From positions 30,543 through 94,542 of the forward strand of contig DATDXE010000004.1 in assembly GCA_036517255.1 (NCBI GenBank): a DNA stretch of 64,000 bases. Reading direction: 5' to 3'. Below, one piece after another: positions 20,674 to 30,803 of the stretch (its first letter is position 1; each line of letters starts with the position of its first letter). This DNA comes from Minisyncoccota bacterium (lineage in GTDB: Bacteria > Patescibacteriota > Minisyncoccia > Phycocordibacterales > WO2-35-19). The translations under genes and the position numbers were made by a program. The notes below the pieces were generated by a model that had not been told where the DNA came from, searched no databases, and saw only the letters and a program-made list of their open reading frames with translations.

Positions 20674-20702
20674 CCCTGCCCGACTTTGTCATTCAGGCGG
20701 GC
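20674..20702. repeat. Palindromic repeat (CCGCC.GAATGA..TCGGGC.GG family), intergenic copy
   Basis: CCTGCCCGACTTTGTCATTCAGGCGGG; related copy in frame at 53082-53110. Confidence 0.5.
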
Positions 20703-20715
20703 TTCTTTTCTTCTT

Positions 20716-21096
20716 TTAATTCTTTATGACCGCAAATATATTTTCTTCTTTCAGAATATAATATTCTTCCCCCTCATATTTCACCTCATCATAGCCATAT
20801 TTTGAAAATATTATTTTGTCTCCTACTTTTAGGCTCATAGGAATCTTTTTACCGTCTTGATTGACTCTTCCTTCACCGAGAGCGATCACTAGCCCTTGTT
20901 CTGGTTTTTCCTTACTTACAGTGTCGGGAATGATGATACCTGAAGCTGTTTTGCTCATTTCATCTGTATCTAAAGGCTTCACCAACACTCTATCCCCAAG
21001 AGGCATGATGCCTCTCTTATTACCTTTGACTATAGACAAAGAAGCCTTCTTCCCAGCTTTTGATCTGACTGTTTTCGATTTGATTTTCTTCTTCAT
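20716..21096 (-). CDS. groS: Co-chaperonin GroES with basic N-terminal extension
   Basis: PLGDRVLVK, TASGIIIPD, KVGDKIIFSKY. Confidence 0.95.
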   Translation of the reverse strand: MKKKIKSKTVRSKAGKKASLSIVKGNKRGIMPLGDRVLVKPLDTDEMSKTASGIIIPDTVSKEKPEQGLVIALGEGRVNQDGKKIPMSLKVGDKIIFSKYGYDEVKYEGEEYYILKEENIFAVIKN

Positions 21097-21231
21097 ATTT
21101 AGAAAAAGTTAATTAATAATTCACCGATAATGCCGCGAATTTCGCTCGGATAATATCTTGTTTTTTACATAGAGTCAACAGAGTAGCATTTGCCCTAAAG
21201 CTCTATTTAAGTTATAGTCAAAGTCATACAT

Positions 21232-21453
21232 ATGTCAGTTATTATTTCCTACATACAGATAGCGTTGTCAGTTATCATGGTAGCTTTGATACTGATCCAA
21301 CATTCGGATGAATCACTCGGGAGTGCTTTTGGTGCTTCTGGAAGTGAAGGTCAATACCGTACTCGCCGCGGTGCAGAACTGTATATTTTCCGAGCCACTA
21401 TCGCAGTAGCTATACTTTTTGTACTCTCTGCCCTTGCAAACATTCTTTACTAA
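21232..21453 (+). CDS. secG: Preprotein translocase subunit SecG
   Basis: LILIQH...LGSAFG...RRGAE, two TMs. Confidence 0.9.
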   Translation: MSVIISYIQIALSVIMVALILIQHSDESLGSAFGASGSEGQYRTRRGAELYIFRATIAVAILFVLSALANILY

Positions 21454-21504
21454 GATATACTTAATCCCATCGATTCCTTGTTTTAATTTCTGCGCTCAAA
21501 TTAC

Positions 21505-23217
21505 TTGAAAGCGCAATTTATGGAAAATTCACACGCTAACGGATTTTTTAATTCTGTCATAAGTTCGTTCGGACCGACCGAGCGTATACTCTTTTACTTA
21601 TTCGCAGCTGTACTTTTCTTCTCTGGCCTTTCTGCCGCTTGGCAAGCCAACAACTTTTTCCTAGTAGAAGTACCCGGGCACGGTGGCAAACTTACCGAAG
21701 GCATGGTCGGCAGTCCACGATTTGTAAATCCTTTACTCGCCATTTCAGAGACTGATAAGAGCCTGTCCACCCTAGTATATTCCGGCCTCCTTAAATATAG
21801 CGGTGACACATATGTTGCCGACTTAGCTGAATACTATTCAATATCACAGGATGGCCTTAATTATGATATAAAAATAAGGGATGATGCTTTTTTCCACGAT
21901 GGTAAACCAGTCACGGCCACAGATATCGCCTTTACTATAGAGAAAGCACTCGATCCATTACTCAAAAGCCCAAGGCGCAGTAACTGGGAAGGGGTAACAG
22001 TAGAAGTGGTGGATGAGAAGAATCTAAGATTTATTTTAAGGAAGCCGTATTATTCGTTCCTCGAAAATTTGACTCAAGGAGTGTTACCTAAGCACGTGTG
22101 GGAAGATGCTACTTCAGAAGAATTGCCTTTCAGTCAATTGAACATCGAACCTGTCGGCTCTGGCCCATACGAAGCATCAGATATAAAATATAATTCGAGT
22201 GGAGTGCCGACAGTGGTCACCCTTTCCTCATTCAAAAAATATACAGGTGAAGAACCATTTATAAAAACAGTCGAAATAAGGTTCTTCCAAAGTGAGGAAG
22301 CTTTAGTAAAAGCCTACGAAAGTGGTAGTATCGACTCTGTAGCCGGACTATCGCCAGAGGTAGCTATAATCCTGAAAGAAAAAGGTTTCAATATTGCCTC
22401 ATATGTTATGCCTAGAGTGTTTGGAGTATTTTTCAATCAAAATCAAGCCGGAGTATTCCTAAATCCAGAAGTACGGAAAGCTCTTGATATCAGTATCGAC
22501 AAAGAAAAATTGGTAAAAGAGGTTTTGAAAGGTTATGGTTTGCCACTGAAAGGGCCGATACCAGCTAAAGAAAGTAGATGGATAGTCGATTCCGATAATG
22601 ACTTCGAAGAAGCAAAGGCTGTGTTAGAAAAAGCAGGCTGGAAAGCGAATGAAGATGGTATATTAGAAAAGAAAGTAAAATCAGTAAATCAGAGGCTCTC
22701 TTTCTCTATCTCTACTTCCGACGCGCCGGAACTGAAAGCCACCGCTGATATATTAGCAAGCAGTTGGGAGCAGTTGGGAGCCGATGTCGAAATAAAAGTA
22801 TTCGAGTCAGGAGATTTGAATCAAAATGTTATCAAACCTCGAAAATATGATGCCCTTCTGTTTGGAGAAAGTTTCGGTCGAGATTTAGATTTCTATCCGT
22901 TTTGGCATTCATCAGCTCGTAATGACCCAGGCCTCAATATCGCTCTTTACGCAAATATCACCACTGACAAACTGCTTGAGGAGATGCGTACAGCTACCGA
23001 TATAGGGACGATAAATAAGAAGCGAGCTGAATTCGAGTCGGAAATAATAAATGATATACCAGCTATATTTACCTACGCACCTGATTTCATATATGCCATA
23101 CACCCAAGGATAAAAAATGTGGATTTGGATAATATATCGAGCGGAAGTAGCAGATTTATGGGCATTGAAAAGTGGTACATAGAGACAGAGAAGGTATGGA
23201 GTGTTTTTTCAAATTAA
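21505..23217 (+). CDS. Peptide ABC transporter substrate-binding protein (family 5)
   Basis: FHDGKPVTATDIAFT, PVGSGPY, VRKAL; start codon uncertain. Confidence 0.88.
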   Translation: MKAQFMENSHANGFFNSVISSFGPTERILFYLFAAVLFFSGLSAAWQANNFFLVEVPGHGGKLTEGMVGSPRFVNPLLAISETDKSLSTLVYSGLLKYSGDTYVADLAEYYSISQDGLNYDIKIRDDAFFHDGKPVTATDIAFTIEKALDPLLKSPRRSNWEGVTVEVVDEKNLRFILRKPYYSFLENLTQGVLPKHVWEDATSEELPFSQLNIEPVGSGPYEASDIKYNSSGVPTVVTLSSFKKYTGEEPFIKTVEIRFFQSEEALVKAYESGSIDSVAGLSPEVAIILKEKGFNIASYVMPRVFGVFFNQNQAGVFLNPEVRKALDISIDKEKLVKEVLKGYGLPLKGPIPAKESRWIVDSDNDFEEAKAVLEKAGWKANEDGILEKKVKSVNQRLSFSISTSDAPELKATADILASSWEQLGADVEIKVFESGDLNQNVIKPRKYDALLFGESFGRDLDFYPFWHSSARNDPGLNIALYANITTDKLLEEMRTATDIGTINKKRAEFESEIINDIPAIFTYAPDFIYAIHPRIKNVDLDNISSGSSRFMGIEKWYIETEKVWSVFSN

Positions 23218-23259
23218 ATCCTATTTATTAAAATAATAAGTAATTAAAAAATAAAAGTA

Positions 23260-25257
23260 ATGCAACAAAGAAACGACTCAGGAAGATTCCGCATAAGAAG
23301 TTTTCATTCTGAAAGTGGGACAGAAAACACAGAGAGAACGGCGACAGGAGCTCCGACGAGAGAAAGGAGTCGGCCTTTTATCGCTGGTAGGCCAGCAAGT
23401 AATAGTGTGATCGCTCCCAGCAGAAGACCTATGACTCACCCAGGGGACAGGCCTCGAGTAGGAACGAGAGGACCATCGAGAGATCGTAGGCCATTTGTCA
23501 GGCGAGGTGATCGCCCGATACCACGCGATTACAAATTACCAGAGGCTAGCGCTCCCATAACTTTAAATATCCCTCCAGTCGGCGACAATATACGCATTAT
23601 TCCACTCGGTGGCACCGAGGAAATAGGCAAGAATATGACCGCCATCGAAATCGGTGATGATATTTTCGTCATGGATGCTGGTTTCCAATTCCGAGATGAG
23701 GATACCCCAGGAGTAGACTACATTTTACCGAACACAAAGTATCTTGAAGAGAGAAAAGAAAAAATACGAGGCGTACTCATAACCCACGGCCACCTGGATC
23801 ACATCGGCGGCATCCCCTACATCATGGATCGTATAGGTAACCCACCCCTTTACTCACGCCTACTCACGACTGTCATGATCAAAAAGAGACAGGAGGAATT
23901 CCCCCACTTACCACCTCTCGATATGCGAGTGGTAGAAAAAGAGGACACTATTATGCTCGGAAAAACGAAAGTGAGCTTCTTTTCCGTCACCCACACTATT
24001 CCTGATTCAATGGGTATCGTGATAGAGACTCCATATGGCCTCGTGGTAAACCCGGGTGACATAAAGCTTGAGCATGTGGACGGTGTACCGACAGAAAGAG
24101 AAGAAAAAGAATACGCAAGATTCAGTAAAGAAAAAGTACTCTTATTGATGATGGACTCGACCAATGTTGATAATCCTGGATTTTCTACCCCTGAAAAATT
24201 GGTGCATCAAAATTTGGAAGAAATAATAAAAAGCACCAAACGTCGACTCATAATCGGCACCTTTGCTTCCCAGCTTGAGCGCATGATCGCCATTATCGAG
24301 GCGGCAGAGCGTAATGGAAAAAAAGTGGTAGTGGAAGGCAGAAGTATGAAGCAAAATATAGAAATCGTGCGCGAGCTCGGTATGTTGAAAGTAGGCAAGG
24401 GTACCATCATCACTACAGAGGAAATGGATACTTTACCGCCCGACAGAGTTATCATATTGGCGACAGGCGCTCAGGGCGATGAGTTTGCCGCTCTAATGCG
24501 TATGTCATCCAAAACCCACAAATATATAAAAATCTCCAATCGCGACACCATACTACTTTCTTCCTCTATTATTCCTGGAAATGAAAGGTCAGTCCAAAAG
24601 TTGAAAGATAACTTGGCGCGACAAGGAGCAAAAATTATCCATTATCGTACCAGCGATGTTTATATCCACTCGACTGGCCACGGCAACCGAGGCGAATTGG
24701 AATGGATCCATAAAAAAGTAAATCCAAAATTCTTCATTCCGATTCACGGCAACCACTATATGCTCCGGGTACATGAGGAGTTGGCTCAAAATTTAGGCAT
24801 GCCTCCAGAGAATATCGTGGTACCTGACAACGGTATGATCATAGAAGTACAAGAAGGTGGCGAGAAAATAAAAGCTCTGAAAGAAACTGCTCCCTCATCC
24901 CCTGTTATGGTCGATGGATTTGCCATCGCTGATGTGCAAGAAGTAGTAATGCGCGATCGTAAAATGCTCGCGGAGGATGGAATGTTCGTCATCGTCGCGA
25001 CCATAAACTTGAAAACTGGTCGGCTTCGCAAATCGCCTGATATTATTTCTAGAGGTTTCGTCTATTTGCGCGAATCGCAAGAATTGATGCAACACGCTCG
25101 CCTTCTCATTAAGAAAACAGTGGAAGAAAGTGCTATGGGAATGAACCCAATCAATTTCGACTTTATCAAAGGTAATGTGACCGACGCCGTGGCTCGCTTT
25201 CTCTTCCAAAAAACCGCCAAAAGACCGATTGTGATTCCGGTGATATTGGGGGTTTAA
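23260..25257 (+). CDS. rnj: Ribonuclease J with Arg/Pro-rich N-terminal extension
   Basis: PLGGTEEIGKNM, THGHLDHIGG, HSTGH, PIHG. Confidence 0.95.
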   Translation: MQQRNDSGRFRIRSFHSESGTENTERTATGAPTRERSRPFIAGRPASNSVIAPSRRPMTHPGDRPRVGTRGPSRDRRPFVRRGDRPIPRDYKLPEASAPITLNIPPVGDNIRIIPLGGTEEIGKNMTAIEIGDDIFVMDAGFQFRDEDTPGVDYILPNTKYLEERKEKIRGVLITHGHLDHIGGIPYIMDRIGNPPLYSRLLTTVMIKKRQEEFPHLPPLDMRVVEKEDTIMLGKTKVSFFSVTHTIPDSMGIVIETPYGLVVNPGDIKLEHVDGVPTEREEKEYARFSKEKVLLLMMDSTNVDNPGFSTPEKLVHQNLEEIIKSTKRRLIIGTFASQLERMIAIIEAAERNGKKVVVEGRSMKQNIEIVRELGMLKVGKGTIITTEEMDTLPPDRVIILATGAQGDEFAALMRMSSKTHKYIKISNRDTILLSSSIIPGNERSVQKLKDNLARQGAKIIHYRTSDVYIHSTGHGNRGELEWIHKKVNPKFFIPIHGNHYMLRVHEELAQNLGMPPENIVVPDNGMIIEVQEGGEKIKALKETAPSSPVMVDGFAIADVQEVVMRDRKMLAEDGMFVIVATINLKTGRLRKSPDIISRGFVYLRESQELMQHARLLIKKTVEESAMGMNPINFDFIKGNVTDAVARFLFQKTAKRPIVIPVILGV

Positions 25258-25365
25258 CCCCACCCTTCCCTCCCCTTAGCAGGGGAGGGAAAACAAAATC
25301 CTCGAATCCGTAGCGTATTACCTCCCCTGCTAAGGGGAGGTCGAAGCGAAGCCCGGGTGGGGTTT
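25256..25365. mobile_element. Empty (MITE/REPIN-like) copy of the DUF559-flanking inverted hairpin repeats
   Basis: AACCCCACCC..CCCTCCCCTTAGCAGGGGAGGG, short spacer, CCTCCCCTGCTAAGGGGAGG..GGGTGGGGTT; matches the ends at 54572 and 55072. Confidence 0.75.
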
Positions 25366-25375
25366 ATTAACAACA

Positions 25376-25420
25376 AGGCCCGCCAGAGCGAAACCTGTTG
25401 GTTGTTGCTCTGGCGGGCCT
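25376..25420 (-). terminator. Intrinsic terminator
   Basis: AGGCCCGCCAGAGC...GCTCTGGCGGGCCT stem followed by TGTTGTT on the minus strand. Confidence 0.7.
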
Positions 25421-25425
25421 CCGGA

Positions 25426-25743
25426 TCAGGGAGCCGCGGGATCGTACTCGATGACACTGCCGTCTGGCTGGACGAACTTCGTTACGCCAGTGGTATGCCG
25501 GCAGAAGTCGTCGAAGTGAAAGTCGTAATTCTTCATGTTCCTCCGAGTCTCCGGACCACAACCTCCATCAACTTGAAGCCCTTCATCTCCTTGGTATTCC
25601 CGCAACATCTTGGTCAAATTCTGGCCAAAATGCTGATTAGGAATAAAGTCGCAAGGGACAGTTTGCTGCTTGACGAGAAATGCGGCCAGAATCTGGACGC
25701 AAGGCCCTGATGACCCTTGCTGCATATACTTGGGAACTTCCAT
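25426..25743 (-). CDS. Stand-alone peptidoglycan-binding domain protein
   Basis: GSSGPCVQIL...FGQNLTKMLREYQ..EGLQVDGGCGPET; SD AGGAGGTG. Confidence 0.7.
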   Translation of the reverse strand: MEVPKYMQQGSSGPCVQILAAFLVKQQTVPCDFIPNQHFGQNLTKMLREYQGDEGLQVDGGCGPETRRNMKNYDFHFDDFCRHTTGVTKFVQPDGSVIEYDPAAP

Positions 25744-25862
25744 AGTGCTTTTACACCTCCTGTTTCCTATCCAACCATATTTAAACCCAATATACAAGCA
25801 GTTTTTATCTACCTTATAAATACTGTTGTCTACTATCTTGAGCTATGTTAGAATAGCCCGAC

Positions 25863-26099
25863 ATGGCAACGAATGTCGAAATAGTAAAAAGCGGATTGGA
25901 GAACAACCTTTCCATCATAAGGAAATTCACTAAAAAGGTGCAAGGATCGGGAGTACTTTCACGTCTACGTTCTATCCGCTACTCCCAGAGAACTCTCTCT
26001 GATTATGTGAAAAAGAAGAAGGCGCTGAAGCGCATCAAGCGTCGTGAGGTAGTGCGCGAAGCAATCAAAATGGGCAAAATGCCCGATAAAATGAACTAA
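25863..26099 (+). CDS. rpsU: 30S ribosomal protein S21-like
   Basis: Small basic protein, ENNLSIIRKFTKKVQGSGVL...RYSQR. Confidence 0.7.
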   Translation: MATNVEIVKSGLENNLSIIRKFTKKVQGSGVLSRLRSIRYSQRTLSDYVKKKKALKRIKRREVVREAIKMGKMPDKMN

Positions 26100-26105
26100 G
26101 AGTTT

Positions 26106-26156
26106 ACCAAGGGTCACCCTTGGCCCGAACCCCTTTGGCCAAAGGTGACCCTTGGT
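26106..26156. repeat. REP-like doublet, CCAAGGGKGACCCTTGG family
   Basis: ACCAAGGGTCACCCTTGGC ... GCCAAAGGTGACCCTTGGT in inverted orientation. Confidence 0.8.
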
Positions 26157-26166
26157 AATCAAAAAA

Positions 26167-26703
26167 ATGATACTCATCGCTGAAGGCAAGAATTACTCTA
26201 TCACCTCAGAATGTCACGAGCCCCGCATACCAGGGGGCTTTTTGGACTTAGCTTTCAATAAAATCATTCCCGAAATATTGGGCAAGAAATACTTTGCTTC
26301 GATCGCTTTCGTCCGAGAGAAGAAGATGAGGAAAATAAATAAAGAGTATAGGAATAAGGACGAATCGACCGACGTGCTCGCCTTTAATTTGAAGGAGGAA
26401 GGAGAAATTTTATTTTCTCTCCCAAACATGAGGAAAAAGTCTAGGGAGTTTGGAATGGAAGCCTCTGAGTACCTATCCTATCTCCTTATCCACGCAGTTG
26501 TTCATTTGAAAGGGCTCGATCATGGTAGTAAAATGGATAGACTGGAAAAAAAGTTTTGTAATATTTTTAATATACGACACCCCCACAATAAAATCGAGAA
26601 AGATCATCAGAATGAGCCAAAAAATAACAGCAGGAATAGACATAGGAACATACCAAGTAAGGGTAGTGGTATCGTCGCACGAAAAAGCGCGAGAATTTCC
26701 TAA
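26167..26703 (+). CDS. ybeY: rRNA maturation RNase YbeY
   Basis: NKEYRNKDESTDVLAF, HAVVHLKGLDH. Confidence 0.9.
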   Translation: MILIAEGKNYSITSECHEPRIPGGFLDLAFNKIIPEILGKKYFASIAFVREKKMRKINKEYRNKDESTDVLAFNLKEEGEILFSLPNMRKKSREFGMEASEYLSYLLIHAVVHLKGLDHGSKMDRLEKKFCNIFNIRHPHNKIEKDHQNEPKNNSRNRHRNIPSKGSGIVARKSARIS

Positions 26704-27784
26704 AATACTAGGGGGCGGTAGTGCTGAATCGAAAGGATTACGCCATGGCTATATTATAAATTCTGGAGATGTAGTAAAAAGTGTGCAAGCGGCTATTGCC
26801 CAAGCTGAAAAAACTTCGGGCCAGAGAATACGTAGAGCCTATATTTCAGTCGGTGGTATAGGCCTATCAAGCACTGTAGCCGTAGGACATAGCATCGTAT
26901 CGCGTGGCGACCAAATAGTAACAGAGCTCGATATCGATGCCGCAACTACAAGCGCTGAAGAAGCCATACCTCAAGCTGTAATCCAAAACAGGAAAATAAT
27001 TTATACCATACCAGTACAATGGAAAATCGATGGTAAACCAGTATTAGGAAGAGTGCTTGGCATGAAAGGAGTAAAAATAGAAGTGAAAGTGCTTTTCATC
27101 ACCTGCCTTGAGCCCCACTTGAATGACCTTCTAGAAGCAGTGGAAGAAGCTGGTATAGATGTGATCGATGTCGTTGCTTCCCCTATCGCCGCAAGTTTCG
27201 TCACTCTTTCTAAACCACAAAAAATGGCCGGTTGTGTCCTCGCCAATATAGGAGCTGAGACTCTTTCGATCGTAGTATTTGAAAACAACATACCCATCTC
27301 GCTTGAAGTTTTCCCTATCGGCGGTTCAGATATAACCAACGATATTGCTCTTGGATTAAAAGTAGCCTTGGAAGAAGCTGAGGTCATAAAAATCGGAGGA
27401 CTTACTCATTCTTCATATCCCCAAAAAAGGCTGGAAGAAATAGTGGGAGCTAGGCTCTCCGATATGTTTGAGCTAGTAGAAACTCATTTGAAAAAAATCG
27501 GCAAGAATGGCCTTTTGCCGGCCGGAATAATTATTACTGGTGGAGGCTCTTATATTAATTCTGTCGAAGATGTCGCGAGGGCCACCCTACACTTACCATC
27601 CCGCGTAGCTTCGCTCAAAGTGGGCGAAGGCAAAATTCAACTGAAAGATTCATCTTGGTCAGTGGCTTACGGCCTATGTATCATGGGCACAATCCCTGAA
27701 GAAGAGGAGCGCCTCGGCCTTAGCCGCCACGGCGGCGAATTCTTCTCCAAAATCTTCGACTGGTTCAAACAATTTTTACCTTAA
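26612..27784 (+). CDS. ftsA: Cell division protein FtsA
   Basis: GIDIGT, GGSDITNDIA, IITGGGS; directly upstream of ftsZ. Confidence 0.93.
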   Translation: MSQKITAGIDIGTYQVRVVVSSHEKAREFPKILGGGSAESKGLRHGYIINSGDVVKSVQAAIAQAEKTSGQRIRRAYISVGGIGLSSTVAVGHSIVSRGDQIVTELDIDAATTSAEEAIPQAVIQNRKIIYTIPVQWKIDGKPVLGRVLGMKGVKIEVKVLFITCLEPHLNDLLEAVEEAGIDVIDVVASPIAASFVTLSKPQKMAGCVLANIGAETLSIVVFENNIPISLEVFPIGGSDITNDIALGLKVALEEAEVIKIGGLTHSSYPQKRLEEIVGARLSDMFELVETHLKKIGKNGLLPAGIIITGGGSYINSVEDVARATLHLPSRVASLKVGEGKIQLKDSSWSVAYGLCIMGTIPEEEERLGLSRHGGEFFSKIFDWFKQFLP

Positions 27785-27861
27785 TATTTTCTAAACCAGG
27801 ACATTTTTGGGGAGTTTTTCAACTTTGCATTCAGGAAGGGCTCTGTTAGAATCCAGGCAAT

Positions 27862-29034
27862 ATGCCACAAATCAAGCCAGAGGTAGAAACATTTGCACGA
27901 ATAAAAGTCATCGGTGTCGGTGGTTCTGGAAAGAACGCTGTAAATCACATGATCAATTCCAAAGTAAAAGGAATTGAATTCGTAGCTATAAATAGTGACG
28001 CGCAGGACCTTCATCATTCTCTCGCCAAAAAGAAAATTCATATTGGCAAAAATCTCACTCGAGGCCTCGGAGCTGGAGGTAACCCCGATCTTGGCAAAAG
28101 AGCGGTGGAAGAAACTAAAGAAGAAATACAGGAAGCGATCAAAGGTTCCGACATGGTATTCATCACTTGTGGACTGGGAGGCGGCACCGGCACAGGAGCC
28201 GCTCCCATCGTCGCTCGTACAGCGAAGGAACTCGACGCCCTGACCGTAGCAGTAGTGACCAAACCATTTTCGTTCGAAGGAAAACAGAGGATGCAACTCG
28301 CTGAGCAAGGCCTCGATGAATTGCGTGGAGCAGTCGATGCCATCATCGTCATCCCAAACGACAGGTTGCTCGCGACCGTCGACAAGGACACTACGGCCAA
28401 AAATGCATTCTCAATCTGTGATGATATTTTGAAACAAGCAGTGGAAGGAATTTCCGATATTATCACCACTCCCGGCATCATCAATATAGACTTTGCTGAT
28501 ATCCGTAGTGTTATGGAAGGAGCGGGAGCAGCACTCATGGGCATAGGCAAAGCTTCAGGTGAACGCAGAGCGGAAGAGGCTGCCAAAATGGCCATCAACT
28601 CCCCTCTTCTAGAAGTTTCGATTACTGGGGCCAAAGGAGTACTTTTTTCCATCGCTGGGCAGGACGACCTTACTATGTTTGAAATACAAGAAGCGGCAAA
28701 GATTATCACCGAATCAGTTGATCCAAATGCTAAAATTATTTTCGGTACTGCTCACGACGACAAGCTACGTAAAGGTGAAATAAAAATTACTGTTATCGCT
28801 TCAGGTTTTCCTGAAAACTACATGAAAAAAGCTCTCTTCAGTGATAAAGAAGAGATGACTAAGGATAAAATATTCAATGCTATTCCAATTTTGAATAGAA
28901 ATAAAAAAGAGGAAGAAGAAATGATTTCCCCTGCAGTAGAACCAAAAAAAGAGGAGAAGAAGACGATACAAGCAGATGATGAAGATGATTGGAGTGCGGT
29001 TCCAGCTTTTTTGCGACGCTCGAAGTTGAAATAA
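27862..29034 (+). CDS. ftsZ: Cell division protein FtsZ
   Basis: GGGTGTG tubulin signature, NIDFAD, C-terminal VPAFLRR. Confidence 0.98.
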   Translation: MPQIKPEVETFARIKVIGVGGSGKNAVNHMINSKVKGIEFVAINSDAQDLHHSLAKKKIHIGKNLTRGLGAGGNPDLGKRAVEETKEEIQEAIKGSDMVFITCGLGGGTGTGAAPIVARTAKELDALTVAVVTKPFSFEGKQRMQLAEQGLDELRGAVDAIIVIPNDRLLATVDKDTTAKNAFSICDDILKQAVEGISDIITTPGIINIDFADIRSVMEGAGAALMGIGKASGERRAEEAAKMAINSPLLEVSITGAKGVLFSIAGQDDLTMFEIQEAAKIITESVDPNAKIIFGTAHDDKLRKGEIKITVIASGFPENYMKKALFSDKEEMTKDKIFNAIPILNRNKKEEEEMISPAVEPKKEEKKTIQADDEDDWSAVPAFLRRSKLK

Positions 29035-29088
29035 AAAAACCAAGGGGGACCCTTGGTACAGTAGTCCAAAGGTCCCCCTTGGTTTTTT
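29034..29088. repeat. REP-like doublet acting as a bidirectional terminator-like hairpin
   Basis: AAAAAACCAAGGGGGACCCTTGG...CCAAAGGTCCCCCTTGGTTTTTT. Confidence 0.8.
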
Positions 29089-29107
29089 GTGATACAATAT
29101 TTTTCTC

Positions 29108-30046
29108 ATGAATTACGACCTCATCATCATAGGCGGTGGACCAGCAGGAGCAGCTGCGGGAGTATATGCCGCGAGAAAGAAAATAAAAACTCTCCTCATT
29201 ACTGAAAGCTGGGGAGGCCAATCGACCGATTCAGTAGGTATCGAAAACTGGATAGGTACTGTAAAAATCCCTGGAGTGGAATTTGGGCAAATCTTGAAAA
29301 ATCATGTTGCGGCTTATGCTTCTAATTCAGTTTTAATGAAGGAAGGTGAGAAAGTGGAGAATATAGAAAGATGGAAAGAAGAAAATAAGGAAAGATTTAA
29401 GATTAAAACTGACAGAGATACATACGATACAAAGACAGTACTTATCGCAACCGGAAGCACTCGTAGGAAACTAGAGATACCGGGGGCTAAAGAATATGAG
29501 GGCAAAGGTATCGTATATTGTGCCAGTTGCGACGGGCCTCTTTTCAGCGATCAAGATGTGGTAGTGATAGGAGGGGGCAACGCCGCTTTTGAATCAGCCG
29601 CCCAGCTACTCGCCTACTGCAAATCAGTAACTCTGCTTAATCGTGGAGATAAGCTAAAAGCTGATCCTGTCACTATAGATACACTCTCTAAAAACGTTAA
29701 ATTTAAAATTATTAAAAATGCTATCCCAGTAGAAATAAAAGGCGATGGTTTTGTGACTGGCATTATGTACGAGGATTCAGTAACTAGAGAAAAAATACTG
29801 GTACCAGCTACAGGTATATTTGTAGAAATCGGGCTCTTGCCTACTACTTGGTTTGCAGAAGGATCGGGAGCAGAAATGAATGAAATAAAACAAATAAAAG
29901 TGGATCCTAGGAATCAACGCACCTCGGTCCATGGCTTGTGGGCGGCGGGCGACTGTACGGATGGCCTATTCCATCAAAACAACATCGCCGCTGGCGACGC
30001 CGTCAAAGCTCTTGAGGATATTTACTTAGAGCTTCAAAAAATGTAA
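29108..30046 (+). CDS. trxB: Thioredoxin reductase-like FAD oxidoreductase
   Basis: GGGPAG, CASCDG, GGGNAA, AAGD. Confidence 0.88.
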   Translation: MNYDLIIIGGGPAGAAAGVYAARKKIKTLLITESWGGQSTDSVGIENWIGTVKIPGVEFGQILKNHVAAYASNSVLMKEGEKVENIERWKEENKERFKIKTDRDTYDTKTVLIATGSTRRKLEIPGAKEYEGKGIVYCASCDGPLFSDQDVVVIGGGNAAFESAAQLLAYCKSVTLLNRGDKLKADPVTIDTLSKNVKFKIIKNAIPVEIKGDGFVTGIMYEDSVTREKILVPATGIFVEIGLLPTTWFAEGSGAEMNEIKQIKVDPRNQRTSVHGLWAAGDCTDGLFHQNNIAAGDAVKALEDIYLELQKM

Positions 30047-30049
30047 ATG

Positions 30050-30123
30050 TGGGCGGTAGAGGGCTCGAACCCCTGAACCTTCCGAACGTCAATCGGACGC
30101 TCTACCAACTGAGCTAACCGCCC
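30050..30123 (-). tRNA. tRNA-Val(GAC)
   Basis: GGGCGGTTAGCTCAGTTGGTAGAGCGTCCGATTGACGTTCGGAAGGTTCAGGGGTTCGAGCCCTCTACCGCCCA. Confidence 0.93.
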
Positions 30124-30803
30124 TTTTTTATATATAACTCACAAAACTTCCTACTAAGATATATCAATTTTCTCTGAATAGCAATATTAGCACAATCTAT
30201 TAAACACACCCCTTTATAATGAGGGTATGTTTTTTGACCTTTGGTTCTTTTATCAAAGGAAACATAACTAAATCTTGCAATTGGTACCTTGAGTTGCTGG
30301 GACCAATATTTTTTCATCTGCATAGAATTTTGGTCATACCTCAAATGTAATTCAAATCTAATTTTATTGATGTCTAAATTATAAACCTCAATCATATTCT
30401 TAAGAAAAAACTTGAGAATAAGCGGGTCTGAATTTCCCATACCTGTTTTTGAAGTTTTGAAACCCTCACCAAGGTATAACATCGAAAGAGCAATATCGAT
30501 TAATTTTCTATCTTTGATGTCTACTCCAGCTAGAGTGACCAACGCCTGATCTTTAGCATTCTTAACTCTCAGTCTTTTTTGTTCATGATGCCAAATTAAA
30601 GCTTTTTTCCTTGCTTTTATGAGAGACTCGTCCTGACGAATTTTTAGAGCTCGTCTATGTTTAATGCTTATGGAAACATTTTTCAACCATCCGCTTAAAG
30701 TAGAACGCGCGACTCCAAGCTTATTTTCTATGTCTCTTATAGAAAGCCCTTTGTAACGCAAACTGACAACTTTCTGCTTTAATCCGAACCACTTTGACCT
30801 CAT
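30114..30803 (-). CDS. HTH + LAGLIDADG-like endonuclease-domain protein
   Basis: N-terminal HTH (GLSIRDIENKLGVARSTLSGW), LYLGEG..K....NSDP..LKFF helix motif; stop codon inside tRNA-Val. Confidence 0.65.
   Translation of the reverse strand: MRSKWFGLKQKVVSLRYKGLSIRDIENKLGVARSTLSGWLKNVSISIKHRRALKIRQDESLIKARKKALIWHHEQKRLRVKNAKDQALVTLAGVDIKDRKLIDIALSMLYLGEGFKTSKTGMGNSDPLILKFFLKNMIEVYNLDINKIRFELHLRYDQNSMQMKKYWSQQLKVPIARFSYVSFDKRTKGQKTYPHYKGVCLIDCANIAIQRKLIYLSRKFCELYIKKGG

Noticed and set aside
21097-21231. CIRCE operator upstream of groES
   Set aside because: No TTAGCACTC-N9-GAGTGCTAA match.
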